Below are positions 1-14,335 of a DNA stretch of 64,000 bases, in pieces (the stretch's first letter is position 1; each line of letters opens with the position of its first letter). Made by a program: the position numbers and the translations under genes. The stretch is from Octopus vulgaris (lineage: Eukaryota), in the NCBI GenBank assembly GCA_951406725.2, contig OX597821.1, positions 117,366,001-117,430,000 on the forward strand, given 5' to 3'. The notes below the pieces were generated by a model. The model was not told the DNA's origin, made no database searches, and saw nothing but the letters and a program-made list of their open reading frames with translations.

Positions 1-171
1 TACACAGTGTAAAGTGGTTGGCATTAGGAAGGGCATCAAGCTGTAGAAACCATGCCACAACAGAGAATTGGAGTCTAGACAGCTTCCTGGCTGGCTGGCC
101 AGCTCCTGTCAAACCATCCAACCCATGCCAACGTGGAAAATGGATGTCAAATTATAATGATGGTGATGATG
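1..171 (+). mobile_element. 3' UTR end of the abundant RTE-clade LINE, (GAT)n tail
   Basis: GTGGTTGGCATTAGGAAGGGCATC...CCAACCCATGCCA...GATGATGAT, the same sequence that lies downstream of the RT C-terminus in the 13238-14068 copy. Confidence 0.75.
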
Positions 172-384
172 ATTTAGAAAGAAACACATTTTAGTATAAT
201 AGGTGGCCAAAGTGAAGAAATATATCTTCAAAGGAATGGTAAATCGGTCTTAAGAACCTTTTAGCCATAATGCCTCACCCACCTCCTGCTCCATCAATTA
301 ACTACTCTTGATGATGTTCTAGAATCCAATTGCTTAGTTAATCTATCACAATAGGTTTTCCTGGTAGATAAACCTGGGCACATA

Positions 385-610
385 AAGGCACGTGACCCAG
401 TGCTTAGGGTGTTGCAGCCTTGATTGCAAGATAAAGGTTTCAATCCCTGGACCAGGTGGTGCATTATGTCCTTGAGCAAAACACTTCATTTCATGTTGCT
501 TCAGTTTACCAAGTCGTAAATGATTGACCCTGCAAAGGACTGGCATCCCATCCAGAGGAAATGTTGTGATCTCTGTTACTTATATATTATGGAAACAGGG
601 TAACTGGCTC
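385..610 (+). mobile_element. Old tRNA-derived CORE-type SINE
   Basis: Degenerate tRNA-like head (GGTTTCAATCCC B-box), TCCTTGAGCAAAACACTT core and GACTGGCATCCCATCCAG tail. Related copies at about 4950-5155(-), 27208-27500(-) and 33635-33900(+). Confidence 0.55.
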
Positions 611-1285
611 AAGGAATCCTAGGACTCAAGACAGTAATGTCCAGGGTTTGATGATGATGAAACAAGGGCACATGCATAATTGTCTGGTTAACAAATTTGC
701 TTCTCAACCAACTGTTTCTGGGTATGATTGCACTGCATTTACTTCCTGGGTAAACCTGCCAGAAGTACAGTTCCTTGTTACTGGGCAGCAGACATAATTT
801 GTCAACTAGTTTCAGCATTCACTGTGCTTGCACCACATGAAAAGCACAACTGCTGAGCAGTTGTTGTTAGGAAGGGCATCCAAATGTAAAAATCCTGTCA
901 AGACAGTCACAGAAGTCTGGTGCAGGCTTCAGCCTGACCGGTGCTTATGGTACTGTCCCACCTATGCTAGCATGGAAGACAGACATTAAACAATGATGAA
1001 GAGGTTACTGTGTCAAATGTTATATTTATTTATTTACATTGTTTTCAACTAATCATTTATCGTCTTGTAGCTTTGAGATTTCATTGATATGATAGCTTAG
1101 TTTTAGAACGATATTATGAGGTTGGTGTGAGAGGTAGGATCTGGCCAGTTTGAACATAAAACAGGTAGAATACTAGAGCTCGATATGGCTGGATTAAATG
1201 CTAAAAAGTTAACACCATCATCTCGTGTAGCCCCCAAATTGCTTTAGTGGAGTAAACTCTGTCACAAGCATCCAGGCCAAGTCAC

Positions 1286-1665
1286 CATCATCATCATCAT
1301 CGTTTAACGTCCGCTTTCCATGCTAGCATGGGTTGGACGATTTTGACTGAGGACTGGCGAACCAGATGGCTGCACCAGGCTCCAATCTTGATCTGACAGA
1401 GTTTCTACAGCTGGATGCCTTTCCTAACGCCAACCACTCCGAGAGTGTAGTGGGTGCTTTTTACGTGTCACTGGCACAGGGGCGAGTCAGGCGGTACTGG
1501 CAATGACCTCGCTCGAATCTTTTTGCACATGCTACCGGCACAGGTGCCAGTAAGGAGACGTTGGTAACGATCATGCTCGAATGGTGCCCTTTTATGTGCC
1601 ACTGGCACAGAAGCCAGTTGGCTGCTCTGGCAACGATCACACTTGGATGGTGCTCTTGGCACCCT
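1286..1665 (-). mobile_element. 5'-truncated RTE LINE 3' UTR with hairpin modules
   Basis: (CAT)n-CGTTTAACGTCCGCTTTCCATGCTAGCATGGG...GGATGCCTTTCCTAACGCCAACCAC plus several GTGCCACTGGCAC-type modules. Confidence 0.8.
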
Positions 1666-2205
1666 TGGCAGTCTGAAGTTAATTTCTTCTATCAGTACAA
1701 GAAAAGTAGTTTTCCTGCAAGATGGTCTTTGGTCTTATCTGTCTTGCTCTAATTAAATTATGTAAAAGGAAAAGAAAAAAAGAAAAGGTATGGCTGCATG
1801 GTTAAGAAGCTTGTTTCTCAAAAATGTGGACTTGAGTTCAGTCCTGATGTATGGCACGTTGGACAAGTGGCGTCTACTATAACCACAACTAAAGCCTTGT
1901 GAGTGGATTTGGAAGACAGAAACTGAAAGAAGCCCATCGTGTGTATAACTGTGTTGTTGATGTCCCTTACAAATGCTTGACAACTGGTGTTAGTTTGTCT
2001 ATGTCTTTGTGGCTCAGCAGTTTGGCTTTAAAATAAGTATCGGGATTAGGCTGCAGACCAGTGATCGAAACAAGCAGAAGACAAGAGGATTAAAGACAGG
2101 TATGCAGATCTTGATGAGGTGTTAACTAACAACTATCTGGGTCAGTTTAAGATACTGAAAAGGCCCTCATGGGGCTTCATTTTCACAGCAAGATTAAATA
2201 CATGT

Positions 2206-2432
2206 GGCGAGCTGGCAGAAACGTTAGTGCACCGGGCGAAATGCTAAGCGGTATTTTGTCTGCCGTTACACTTTGAGTTCAAATTCCGCCAAGTTCGACT
2301 TTGCCTTTCATCCTTTTGGGGTTGATAAATCAAGTACCAGTTTCGCACTGGAGTCGATGTAATCGGCTTAATCCGTTTGTCTGTCCTTGTTTGTCCCCTC
2401 TATGTTTAGCCCCTTGTGGGCAGTAAAGAAAT
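2206..2432 (+). mobile_element. tRNA-derived SINE, family B (GGCGAGCTGGCAGAA head)
   Basis: GGCGAGCTGGCAGAAACGTTAG...GAGTTCAAATTCC (B-box)...GACTTTGCCTTTCATCCTTT...AAGTACCAG...GTAAAGAAATA. Other copies at about 9219-9520, 22454-22843, 30275-30473(-), 34370-34588(-), 44080-44250 and 61140-61290. Confidence 0.8.
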
Positions 2433-2689
2433 ATACATACTGTATTTATGATTGTATAGATATATTTATTTTTGTACATAAAGCCGGAAAGTCTTCTTAG
2501 GCAGAGCTATTGGGAGGGTGGGGGTGGGGGTAAATAAGAGCAGCAGTGAGTGTAGAGTCATAAATATTCATATTGTGTCAGCAGCAGCAGCCACTCTGGG
2601 GTCTTTGCTTCTTTGCCAGGGAGAAGAAGAGGGTGACTCTGTATATTAAGAAAGGGTGAATGGGTGGTGGTGGGGGACAAAAATAACAG

Positions 2690-3345
2690 GTAGAGGGTGG
2701 GGGGAGGGGGAGAAAGTGATAGAAGAAAAAGAATAAAAATAAAAATGCATGTAATAAAAAATAAATGTAAATGAAAATATTTGGAACAATTGATAGGATG
2801 TGTCAAAGAGCAAGACGAGAGTGAGAGAGAGAGAGGGGGGTAAGGATACACATATATATAGAGAGAGAAAGAGGGAGAGAGGGAGTAAGTTGAGAGAGAG
2901 AAAGAGGAGTAAGGAAGAATGAGAGGGTGAGGATAAGGAGAGAGAGAGAGAGAGAGAAAGGGAGAGAGCAACAAGGAGGTAAGGATACATACACATATAT
3001 ATGTAGAGAGAGGGAGTAAAGCAAGAGAGAGAGAGATAGAGATAGATAGATTGAGAGAGAGAGAGAGAGAGTAGCAGAATGTGGTAATAAAGAAATTAAA
3101 TTGTTTATCAAAAACTTAACAGCAGACAAGATAGTTGATTAGATTGAAATATGAGGTGGGTGGGGTCGGGGGTGGTGGACTTGTACTGTTTATTGTTGTT
3201 GTTGTTGTTAGAGGGAAAGATAAGAGACCGAAAAAGGAGATAGACAGGGTAGAGAAAAGAGCAAAGAGAAAGAATTGAAGCTCTGTGTGTGTGTGATGAA
3301 GATGAAGATGTGGAGGTTGAAAAATGGAGACGGGGTGGGAAGGAA
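2690..3345. repeat. Purine-rich low-complexity tract with (GA)n and G-runs
   Basis: Extended GA/GGA/AGAT repeats; source of the Leu/Ser-rich pseudo-ORFs on the minus strand. Confidence 0.85.
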
Positions 3346-4034
3346 ATGTTCATTTATTTATTGTAAATTGATGAGTAAAGATTGTGTGTTAAGTAAATTG
3401 TTTATAATTAGAAGATGTGGCACAAGTTTAATAACAGGTTGTTTTTATCTAATAACAACACATCTGCAGGTATGAGCAAAAATAATATCATTGTGTTTAA
3501 GTATAGTTCTTTGATCGGAGCTCATTATCTACACACTTTTACATCAATTAAGAAGATATTTCCAAAAGTTAGAGGAAATGGGGGAGACAGAAAGAGACAG
3601 AGATAAATAGAGATGGACAGATAAATAGATAGATATAGAGTTTTAGTCAGATTTAATGATAAGCTATCAGTTTACTGGTTCTGTTAAGAGCAATGACCTA
3701 TCTACTGACATCTAACACTGTTTTCTGACTAGTCGACAATTAAAAAACAACAACAACAACAATTCTGCTTGATTAATTGATTTGGTATTATTTAAGGCCA
3801 TTGCAAAGCCTATGGGTCTGTGGTAGAATTTAAAACTAATGGTCTTTGCACTATGATGGAACAGGAAGTATTCTTTTCTGCTAATTGAAGATTGGAACAG
3901 GATAACACAGCACAATCGTTTGGTGAGAAAGCTTGAAAAGAATATTTCAACATCTTCAAACTGGATTTTCTATCATTACGGGGCCCCAAAGCACATATCT
4001 TATGTAAAAAAAAATCTCCAAAACAACTCTCATA

Positions 4035-4195
4035 GACACAGGATTGGCTGCATGGTAAAAAGCTTGCTTACCAACCACATGGTTCAGGGTTCATTCCCAC
4101 TGTGTGGCACCTTAGGCAAGTGTCTTCTACAATAGCCTCAGGCTGACCAAAGTCTTATGAGTGGATTTGGTAGATGGAAACTGAAAGAAGCCCAT

Positions 4196-4243
<48 letters not shown>

Positions 4244-4450
4244 TGTGTGTGTGTTTGTGCTTCCCACCATCGCTTGACAACTGATGTCAGTGTGTTTACG
4301 TTCCCGTAACTTAGCGGTTCAGCAAAACAGGCCGATAAAATAAGTACTAGGCTTACAAAGAATAAGTCTGGGGGTTGATTTGTTTGACTATAGGCAGTAC
4401 TCCAGCATGGCTGCAGTCTAACGACCAAAACTAGTAAAAGACTAAAAGAA
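4035..4450 (+). mobile_element. tRNA-derived SINE, family A (internal TA/TG microsatellite)
   Basis: GGCTGCATGGTAAAAAGCTTGC...GGTTCATTCCCACTG...CCTTAGGCAAGTGTC...GAAACTGAAAGAAGCCC-(TA)n-...CCAGCATGGCTGCAGTC. About 20 further full or partial copies lie in the window on both strands. Confidence 0.8.
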
Positions 4451-5396
4451 CATCACATGTTAAGATAAACAATATTCAATCTTTATCTTTTTATCTTTTA
4501 CTTGTTTCAGTCATTAGATTGTGGCCATGCTGGGGCACAGCCTTCAAGAATTTTGAGTTGAAGGAATCAACCCCTGTACTAATCAATTTTTTTTTCAAGC
4601 CTGGTCCTTATTCTATCAGTGTATTCTGCTGAACTGTTATGTTACAGGGATGTAAACACACCAACACTGGTTGGCTAATGCTGGTGGGGGACAAGCACAC
4701 ACACACACACACATGACAGGTTTCTTTCAGTTTCTGTCTACCAAATCAACCCACAAGGTTTTGGTCAATTTGAGGCTAGAGTAGAAGACCATGTGGCTGG
4801 GCAAAAAGCGCCTTAGCACACAGCCATGCCTAAAAAAGTCACCTTTTCATTTAGAATTATTAATGATGATGGCAGTCTCCCACAATCCAAGAAAGACAAT
4901 CCTGGAATTTCTGGCTGAATGACCTTCACTAATGATTTGTTCATAATGACCAAATGCGTGTGCTGTACATAAGCTCACTGCCTCCATCCAATCGATGTTG
5001 GTTAAACACATGCATGGTGTAGCACATGTCAGGTGTCAAAATGATTGCAGTGAAACATTAGATGAAGTTTCTTGCTCAAGAACACAATGCTGGTTTGGGA
5101 ACTGAGACCATGATCACAAGATTGTGAAAGTCATACCCAAACCACCAGGCCATGGGTCCGCAGAATTATTAATACTTATGTACAAATATGTTGAAGTATA
5201 TTAAGGTCTTGCATCCTCCACCTCCTCCTCCTCATCATTACCATTTAAGGTTCACTTTTCGATGCTCACTTGGGTTGGATGGAATTTATTGAGGCAGATT
5301 TTCCTGGACACCACCTATACAACAGGGACACTTATTTACACAAATTACATGAGGTCAAGTCCAAGAGACACCAAATGACACACACATGACTACACA

Positions 5397-5428
<32 letters not shown>

Positions 5429-5489
5429 AACACACACACACACAGTAGTATGTCACGGACATATCTTAACTAATCCAAAATTTATATAT

Positions 5490-5875
5490 TTCTCTTTTAC
5501 GCTTTTATTTGTTTCAGTCATTTTACTGCGGCCATGCTGGAGCACCACCTTTAGTCGAGCAAATATATCCCAGGACTTATTCGTTGGAAGCCTAGTACTT
5601 ATTATATTGGTCTCTTTTGCCGAACCACTAATTTACAGGGATGTAAACACACCACTATCGGTTGTCAAGCAATGTTGGGGGGACAAACACAGACACACAA
5701 ACATATACACACACATACATATATATGATGGGCTTCTTTCAGTTTCTACCAAATCCACTCACAAGGTTTTGGTTGGCCCAAAGCTATAGTAGAAGACCCC
5801 TGCCCAAGGTGCCATGCAGTGGGAATGAACACGGAACCATGTGGTTGGTAAGCAAGCTACTTACCACACAGCCAC
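5490..5875 (-). mobile_element. SINE family A copy
   Basis: Reverse complement of the family A head, core and tail. A second partial copy follows at about 5925-6085. Confidence 0.8.
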
Positions 5876-6092
5876 TCATGCATCCGTTGACCATGCTAAA
5901 CACGCATATATATATATATATATATATGACGGGCTTCTTTCAGCTTCTGCCTACCAAATCTACTCACAAGGCTTTGGTTGGCCCAAGGCTATATTACAAA
6001 ACACATGCCCAAGGTGCCATGCAGTGGGACTGAACCCAGAACCATGTAGTTGAGAAACAAGCTTCTTACCATACACCCATGCCTGCACATAC

Positions 6093-6146
<54 letters not shown>

Positions 6147-7967
6147 GTATATATGTATATGGTGATGATGATTGCCTTGCCTTGTCAGATGATAGGTGTT
6201 TCACATTCAGCTTGATTGTTCTGATTCACTTTGCAGGTGTTGCAGAAATAACTTTTCAGGCAAGAAATGAAGTGAATGGTGAGACATCTGTATGTCACTG
6301 GATTTAACTGATAAAAGCTTATACAATAATTCTGTTGCTCTCTCGCTCACCAGAGTAGGTTCCAGGGACAAGCATTGCAAGATGACCGGTGCTGTTTCCA
6401 TTGCAAGTTTTATAGCAGACTACCGTTCTCCTAGAAGAGGTGTTTTCTTCATGACTTTGTCAAAACTGACTAGAGTCTCCTCTACTCCTAGGAAATCTAT
6501 CTCACATTTAGATGGGGCTCTGACAGGCACTACCATTCCGGGTCAGAATAGACCTGAGAGTAATGGTAACTAAGGAGTAATTCCATGCTCCCCACAGCTC
6601 CAGAACTACAGCCTCACCACCAAATGCAGTTTAATAAAAGAAGCCCATTGTGTATATATGTATATAATACAAAATGGGCTTTTTTCAGTTTCCATTGATC
6701 AAATCTACTCATAAAGCTTTGGTTGGCCAAGGGCTATAACAGAAGACACTTGCCCAAGGTGGCATCAAGAGGGACTGAACCTGGGAAGTAAGCTTCTTAA
6801 CCACACCTGTGCCTGTCTGTTATTTAGATATAAGATAGTGTAGCATGTTGAAAACAAACAAAGTTAAATAATAAAAAAGCACGAAGCAGAACCAGCCATT
6901 AAGAAATAGACAGCAGATATATGATATGTACAAGGTATTAATGGAATTCAACAAGTCAGGTTAATTGACTTAATCTTGAAAAAAAAAAAGAAAAATATAT
7001 GAAAAAAAAAATTCTTGTTTTTGAATTATTTAAAAAGCGTAAATAAAAATTTTTAGGAACTTTGAATTAATTACGTAGGTCACTCTGTATTTTAATTTCG
7101 AATCCTTTGATAAACATGGGAGACATATTAATGAAATATAATCATTGTTATTTAAGTTTCCTAGTGTTTACACAAGTCTCTATAAAAAGACAGATGAATC
7201 ATATTTCAAAGTAACAATATCCACAGCCAGGCAACACTGATCTCCACAACAAGGCATTGTTGAGAAGAACCAAACCCAACTCACACTGTCTAAGAGTCAT
7301 TTTTGAAAACATTTTATGGCAATCTAGGATTCTTCACATAGCCAAAACCCAAAACCATATCGCACAGACTGGTTTGCTGTAGAATACCAGATAATGCTCA
7401 GGCCCTAAAACAAGCTACTAACACTTCGCAAAAGTACAAACTTGCCAATCATTAAAATAGTGTCAACATATCTGGAGCAGAACATCCACTTTTATACACA
7501 AACAGTCTAGACAGTAGCCAAGAAAAAAGCCAAGTTGTTTGATATGCAAACATACACTCAACTGTCTTAGACACTTTGTTATCTGGCTGTGTTTCTTGCA
7601 GTTAACATATGTGGCCTTGATTCTTCTGAACTAACCAATTTCAAGCCACTTACATCCACTCTCCACCATCACCACGACTACTGTATCTCAAATTTCATTT
7701 TTCTCACTAAACATTTTGACCAAGCCTTCTTATCTAGAACTACATTCCTCAGTAACTCCCACTCCGTTCATCTTTTTCTTTCAACAACAGCCATCATTCA
7801 AACTGAGCATTAATTACTTTGAGAGATTCTAAAAAAGGTCACAGAAGCTGTCCTTTCTTCTTTAAGTTGGCAAATACAAAATAAAAATCTAATCATGCTG
7901 ACATAAAATATAATGCCTTAAAATATAAAACTGAGTTAAAAACCCAATGGTTTCTGATTTATTAGAC

Positions 7968-8203
7968 CAGAGGTTTTCAACTGGGGCTCATATTTAAGAT
8001 TTTGCTGTTAAAATTTATATGCAATAGATTGGTTATACTAAAACATAAAATATTTCAATAATTTTTTTCATACAATTCCTAATAATACTTAATTATAAAA
8101 ATATAATAGGGTTTTTTTCAAACATTTAATCGCTCTGGGGGTCCAGGAGAATAAAACAGAAATCAAAGACATTCATAGGTAAAGAAATGGGCGAGAATCA
8201 TTG
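7968..8203. mobile_element. hAT (Charlie-type) MITE
   Basis: Degenerate termini CAGAGGTTTTCAAC ... GGCGAGAATCATTG, flanked by an 8-bp near-TSD TATTAGAC/TATTAGAG. Confidence 0.6.
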
Positions 8204-9822
8204 TATTAGAGAAAAGTAGACAACTTTATCAGTTATCAAGAAACTTATAACAGGCTTCACTCCTCGTAATGGATGAAGTCATTTCAATTACGTGTTTAGT
8301 ATTTGAAGCTGTTTTTAGTTGCAACAGTGAGGTAGATCAGAGTGAGATAAACAGCCAGACTTTGTACTTTATGGCACAATGTTTCAGTCCTGTCAGCATC
8401 ATTGTATGTTATCATCTATAAGAAGTTAAAACTGCAACGGAAGAGACCACATTTTCCCAAAGTTTTGAATCCATAAGTAGAACTGACAAGAACTACAACG
8501 GAAGGTTGGTCAGGATACCAACTCGCCAGACAATGCCTCTGTTTTAGGAGACCAAACTGCCTCTTTGAAACTTCAAAAAACAAAAAAAAAAAAACACAAC
8601 ATAATTTTATGAAAGGACTTTTTGTTGAGTTACATTCCAAGAATCAGCTTAATGCTAAAAAAACATTAGGACAGTGTGGCTTGGCAATCATATGGTTTCA
8701 GGTTCAATCACATTGTGTAGCATATCGAGCAAGTGTCTAGCGCTATAGCCATAGGCAAACCAATGCCGTGTGAGTGGATTTAGTAGACAGAAACTGTGTG
8801 GATGCCCATTGTATATACATACTCCAGTCTGATTTGGCATGGTTTTCTACAGCTGGAGGCACTTCCTAACACTAACCACTCTAAGAGTGTAATGGGTGCT
8901 TTTACATGTCACCGGCATGGCTGCCATTTGTGTGACACTGGTATCTGTCACGACATAATGCCAAAGGTCTTGGTCATTGCTTCCGTGAGGCCCAACACTC
9001 AAAAGTAACTCAGCCACTTTGCTTCCTATATTTTCTTTCACCCATAGCCAGGAACTTTTCAGCACCCCCTTGTACACCACTTGAGATTCCTCCCTTTTTA
9101 AGTTTCACTATATTTTAACATCTTAAAAATCACAATCTCTTTCTCCTTCAACCCCACAAAATTACATTTAGATGAAATAATAGTCTTTTCTTCAATGTAA
9201 TATTTTCAATTTTTCTAAGGTGGCGAGCTGGCAGAAATGTTACAACGCCAAGTGAAATGCTTAGTAGTATTTTGTCTGCCGTTACGCAGGGCGGTGAGCT
9301 GGCAGAAATGCATAGGCAAAATGCTTAGCGGTATTTTGTCTGCCATTACGTTCTGAGTTCAAATTCCACTAAGGTTGACTTTGCCTTCCATCCTTTCGGG
9401 GTCAATTAAATAAGTACCAGTTACGCATTGGGGATGATATAATTGACTTAATCCTTTTGTCTGTCCTTGTTTGTCCCCTCTATATTTAACTCCCCGCCTC
9501 CGTGAGCAATAAAGAAATAAATATTCATATGTTCCAATGGGCTTCTGTTGTTTCACTTGCAAACTTTTGATGAAGCCAAGATTGTAGCAGAATACACTTG
9601 CCAAATGTGCCAAGCAGTAGAATGAAATCAGGAACCAGGTGTTTGTAAGGCAAATGTGCCAAGCAGTGGAATGGAATCAGGAACCAGGTATTTGTAAGCC
9701 AAACTTCTGAACCACACAGTCATGCTTCTGCCCACAATTCTACTTGACATGGTTTTATTTATTTCTCAAATTTCATAAATGACTAATGTTGTATGTTTCA
9801 TAAATATTCCAAATTAGCGTAC

Positions 9823-10050
9823 TTAACCCTTTAGCATTTAAACTGGCCATATCCAACCCAAATACTCTCCCTGTTTTATTTTCAAACAACCAGATCCGGC
9901 CTCTTACACTTATACTACAATGTCATTCTAAAAATAAAAGATCACATCATTGAAATCTTCAAGCTGTGAGATAACGCATGATTAGTTCAAAACCAATGTG
10001 AACAAATAAGTGTCGCATTTGACAGAAAAATATGAACGCTTATGCGTTAA
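9823..10050. mobile_element. piggyBac-like MITE (TTAA-flanked, CCCTTTAGCATT terminus)
   Basis: TTAA-CCCTTTAGCATT ... AACGCTTATGCG-TTAA. Related copies at about 1005-1212, 37096-37290, 47357-47760, 60958-61340 and 63577-63727. Confidence 0.6.
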
Positions 10051-10899
10051 TGTAGCAGGTTAAAACTGACTTTGATTTTAACCCTTTGTCTATCAAAAAT
10101 ATTTTCATAAGTTTGTCTTAAACATTCATGCTTTGCTTTCAGACTTTTAGTTAGCCCTGGTTCCATAGGTTCTAAGTAAGATGAAGTCTTCTTGTCCCAA
10201 ATTACAATTGCAGTTGAAAAGAAAGAAGAAAAGAAAAAAACAAAACAAAACAAACAAAAACTGGGAATGTGTACAGATATGATGTATGAACGCCAAGGAA
10301 ATAAATCTTGTGTGTCACATGTGACTCACAGGACAAACAAAGGGTTAACAATACAAGTACTTTTTTTTTACCTGACAAACAAATTCAAATTTATTGACAT
10401 TTATAAAAAAAAGTTCAACCTATCTTCAGGGCAAGATAATTGATGATATACTGACAACATTAACTCTTTGATAGTCTGATATACAAAAAAGGAAATAAAG
10501 TAATGAAAAAACCCAAGTGATGGCATTAAGGCCTCCACCTCACCAGTAATAAAACTGCATCAATCATGCTCACAGCAACCAAAGCTGGTTGGTTGTTTCC
10601 GTGTCATGGCTCTGTGCTAACTGGGACCACTCAATAACACTTAATGATTATTAGTTGCAACTCCAGAGCATCAGATCATCATGTACACTCAATAATAATA
10701 CTACAATGAGATTGTTTTTTTCATCTGCATCTCATGTGATGATACACTTGTAATTCAGCCGATTCACTGTGTTCGAAAGGACAAGGGAAGAGTTAAAAAC
10801 AGAACATTTAAATATCAATATATCAATACACATACACACACACACACATCTCATAAAATAGATCTTGACTACAATTTTCAAATATGAGAGTTCAGCTAT

Positions 10900-12150
<1,251 letters not shown>

Positions 12151-12895
12151 CGTATCTGTCAGTCATTTGAAAATGTAAACCTACAATTTTACCTTTCTCA
12201 GTTGACTTTAATTATATTGATTATCTTAATTAGCAAATTACATGTAGATATATATGATTAAATGGTAAGATCCCACCTAATTTTCAACGCACACATGCTG
12301 TACAATATGTGATAATCATAATTAGTGACTTTCACCTACTTACCTCCCACCGCTTCCTTCATTAGTGACAAATTAAAACAACTGTATGATTTGACAATAA
12401 TTGGAGAAACGAGCATTGTTCACTTAACGAACAATGCCATTGTTCATCAATCTTACGGAATACATTAGTTTAAAAAGCATTCCAATAGATTTGTCAACAA
12501 ACAGCTTACACTTTAGTTACAGTTCTAGAATATCCTATAAGATTTCATCCCAATACACACAACTATACATTAGAATATTCCTATTTCACCCTCCTGAAAG
12601 GAGCAAGACTGACATACTCGTTTATGATCTTAATTGGATATTAATATTTTGGTAATCACTGTAGTGTAAAATTATGCGGTCAGGTGAGCCAAGTTCGTAA
12701 ACTAGTTTCTACTTCTAGGCTGCAGCTATTTCATTCATTCACATTAGATTCTTTCAACACCATAATCATCACAACTCTCATTTCCCCTTTTCCTTAAAAT
12801 CTTGGCTTTCATGTTTGCCTGAATAAAAGATTAGTAAAACACTCTCCCTAACCACACAATGACAATAATAGCAAGCAACATCTAGAATGAATATG

Positions 12896-12981
<86 letters not shown>

Positions 12982-13206
12982 TATATTTTATTAAGCCATG
13001 AAGTTAAACTCTTTATGGATGGGAAACCCATAGTAACCCCATAAACTAGCCTTCCCCAGTAAAAAATAAATACTGCTCTACATCTTAGAGTGTGCTTCAT
13101 ATCTGGATTTATGTTTTTCTACAAACATTATATATAAAATCTATATCTATCCATCTACATATATAAATACATATAATCTATATCTATCTATCTGTCTATA
13201 ATCTAA

Positions 13207-13237
<31 letters not shown>

Positions 13238-14068
13238 CATCATCATCGTTTAATGTCTGCTTTCCATGCTGGCATGAGTTGGACAGTTTGACTGTGGAAT
13301 GGCAAGCCAGGAAACTGCACCATCCTCCAATCTGATCTGGCAGGGTTTCTACAGCTTGATGCCCATCCTAACGCCAACCACTCCGAGAGTGTAGTAGGTG
13401 TTTTTTACATGCCACCAGCAAGGGGGTCAGTGAGGCAGTACTGGCATCAATCAGGCTTGAATGGTGCTTTTTACATGCCACCAGCATGGGAGCCAGTCAG
13501 GCGGGATTGGCAATGACCATGCTCAAATGGTACTTTTTATGTGCCACCGGCACGGGATCAGTCGGGTGGCACAGGCATCGGCCACAACAATGATTTCACT
13601 TGACTCAACAGGTCTTCTCAAGCACAGCACGTTGCCCAATGATTGAAGGGTACTCATAAAGGGGCTGGTTATGTGACACTGGCACTGGCCACGGTTACAG
13701 TCTCACTTGGCTTGCCAGGTCTTCTCAAGCACAGCGCATCTCCAAAGGTCTCAGTTGTTTGTCATTGTCTCTGTGAGGCCCAATGTTTGAAGGTCTTGCT
13801 TCACCACCTCATCCCAGGTCTTCCTCTTCCACAGGTTCACTCTACTGTTAAGGTGTGACACTTTTTCACACAGCTGTCCTCATCCATACGCAACACATGA
13901 CCAAACCAGTGCAGTCGTCTCTCTTGCACACCACACTTGATGCTTCTTATTCCAAACTTTTCTCTCTCGGAATGCTTACACCCTGTTGTGTATGCACACT
14001 GATATTACACATCCAGCAGAGCATGCGAGCTTCATTTCTTGCAAGCTTATGCATGTCCTCAGCAGTCA
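13238..14068 (-). mobile_element. 5'-truncated RTE-clade LINE: RT C-terminus (pseudogenised) + long 3' UTR + (GAT)n tail
   Basis: Minus-strand translation with frameshifts and stops: LTAEDMHKLARNEARMLCWMCNISVH...REKFGIRSIKCGVQERRLHWFGHVLRMDEDSCVKKCHTLTVE*TCGRGR..TWDEVVKQDLQTLGL...EKTWQAK* (stop near 13703). RRLxWFGHVxRM and GRGRP..W are typical RTE C-terminal motifs. Confidence 0.9.
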
Positions 14069-14205
14069 ATATATATGTGTGTGTGTGTGTGTATGTATAC
14101 ATATTTATATCTGTCTATCTATAGATGAAAAATATATACTGCTCTACATCTTAGAGTGTGCTTCTCCGGATTTATGTATATATATATGTGTGTGTGTGTG
14201 TGTAT

Positions 14206-14335
14206 CACACCATCAGGAGTGATACCGGAATGGACATGGCCAGTCTGAAGGAAGCGGCCCAGGATAGAACTGATTGGAGGACACTGATCCAACGAGTGAC
14301 CGAGAGTCGACTTCGACTGAGCGGATAGAGAGAGA
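14206..14335 (+). mobile_element. RTE/BovB-like LINE 3' end with (GA)n tail
   Basis: Translates TIRSDTGMDMASLKEAAQDRTDWRTLIQRVTESRLRLSG*. The GAGAGTCGACTTCGACTGAGCG end resembles the BovB-type terminal stem. Duplicated at about 17071-17200. Confidence 0.7.

Noticed and set aside
6190-6410. ORFs 6207-6401 and 6292-6573 as genes
   Set aside because: No recognisable domain or splice structure; more likely a decayed LINE end abutting other repeats.
8416-8580. Possible minus-strand exon after a polypyrimidine tract
   Set aside because: No frame resembles UBE2G2 or any protein I recognise, and there is no clear donor.
12343-12385. Minus-strand AG...GAG|GTAAGT cassette as UBE2G2 exon 2
   Set aside because: Good donor, but the translation does not match QLTLNPPEG and two frames contain stops; at most a cryptic exon.
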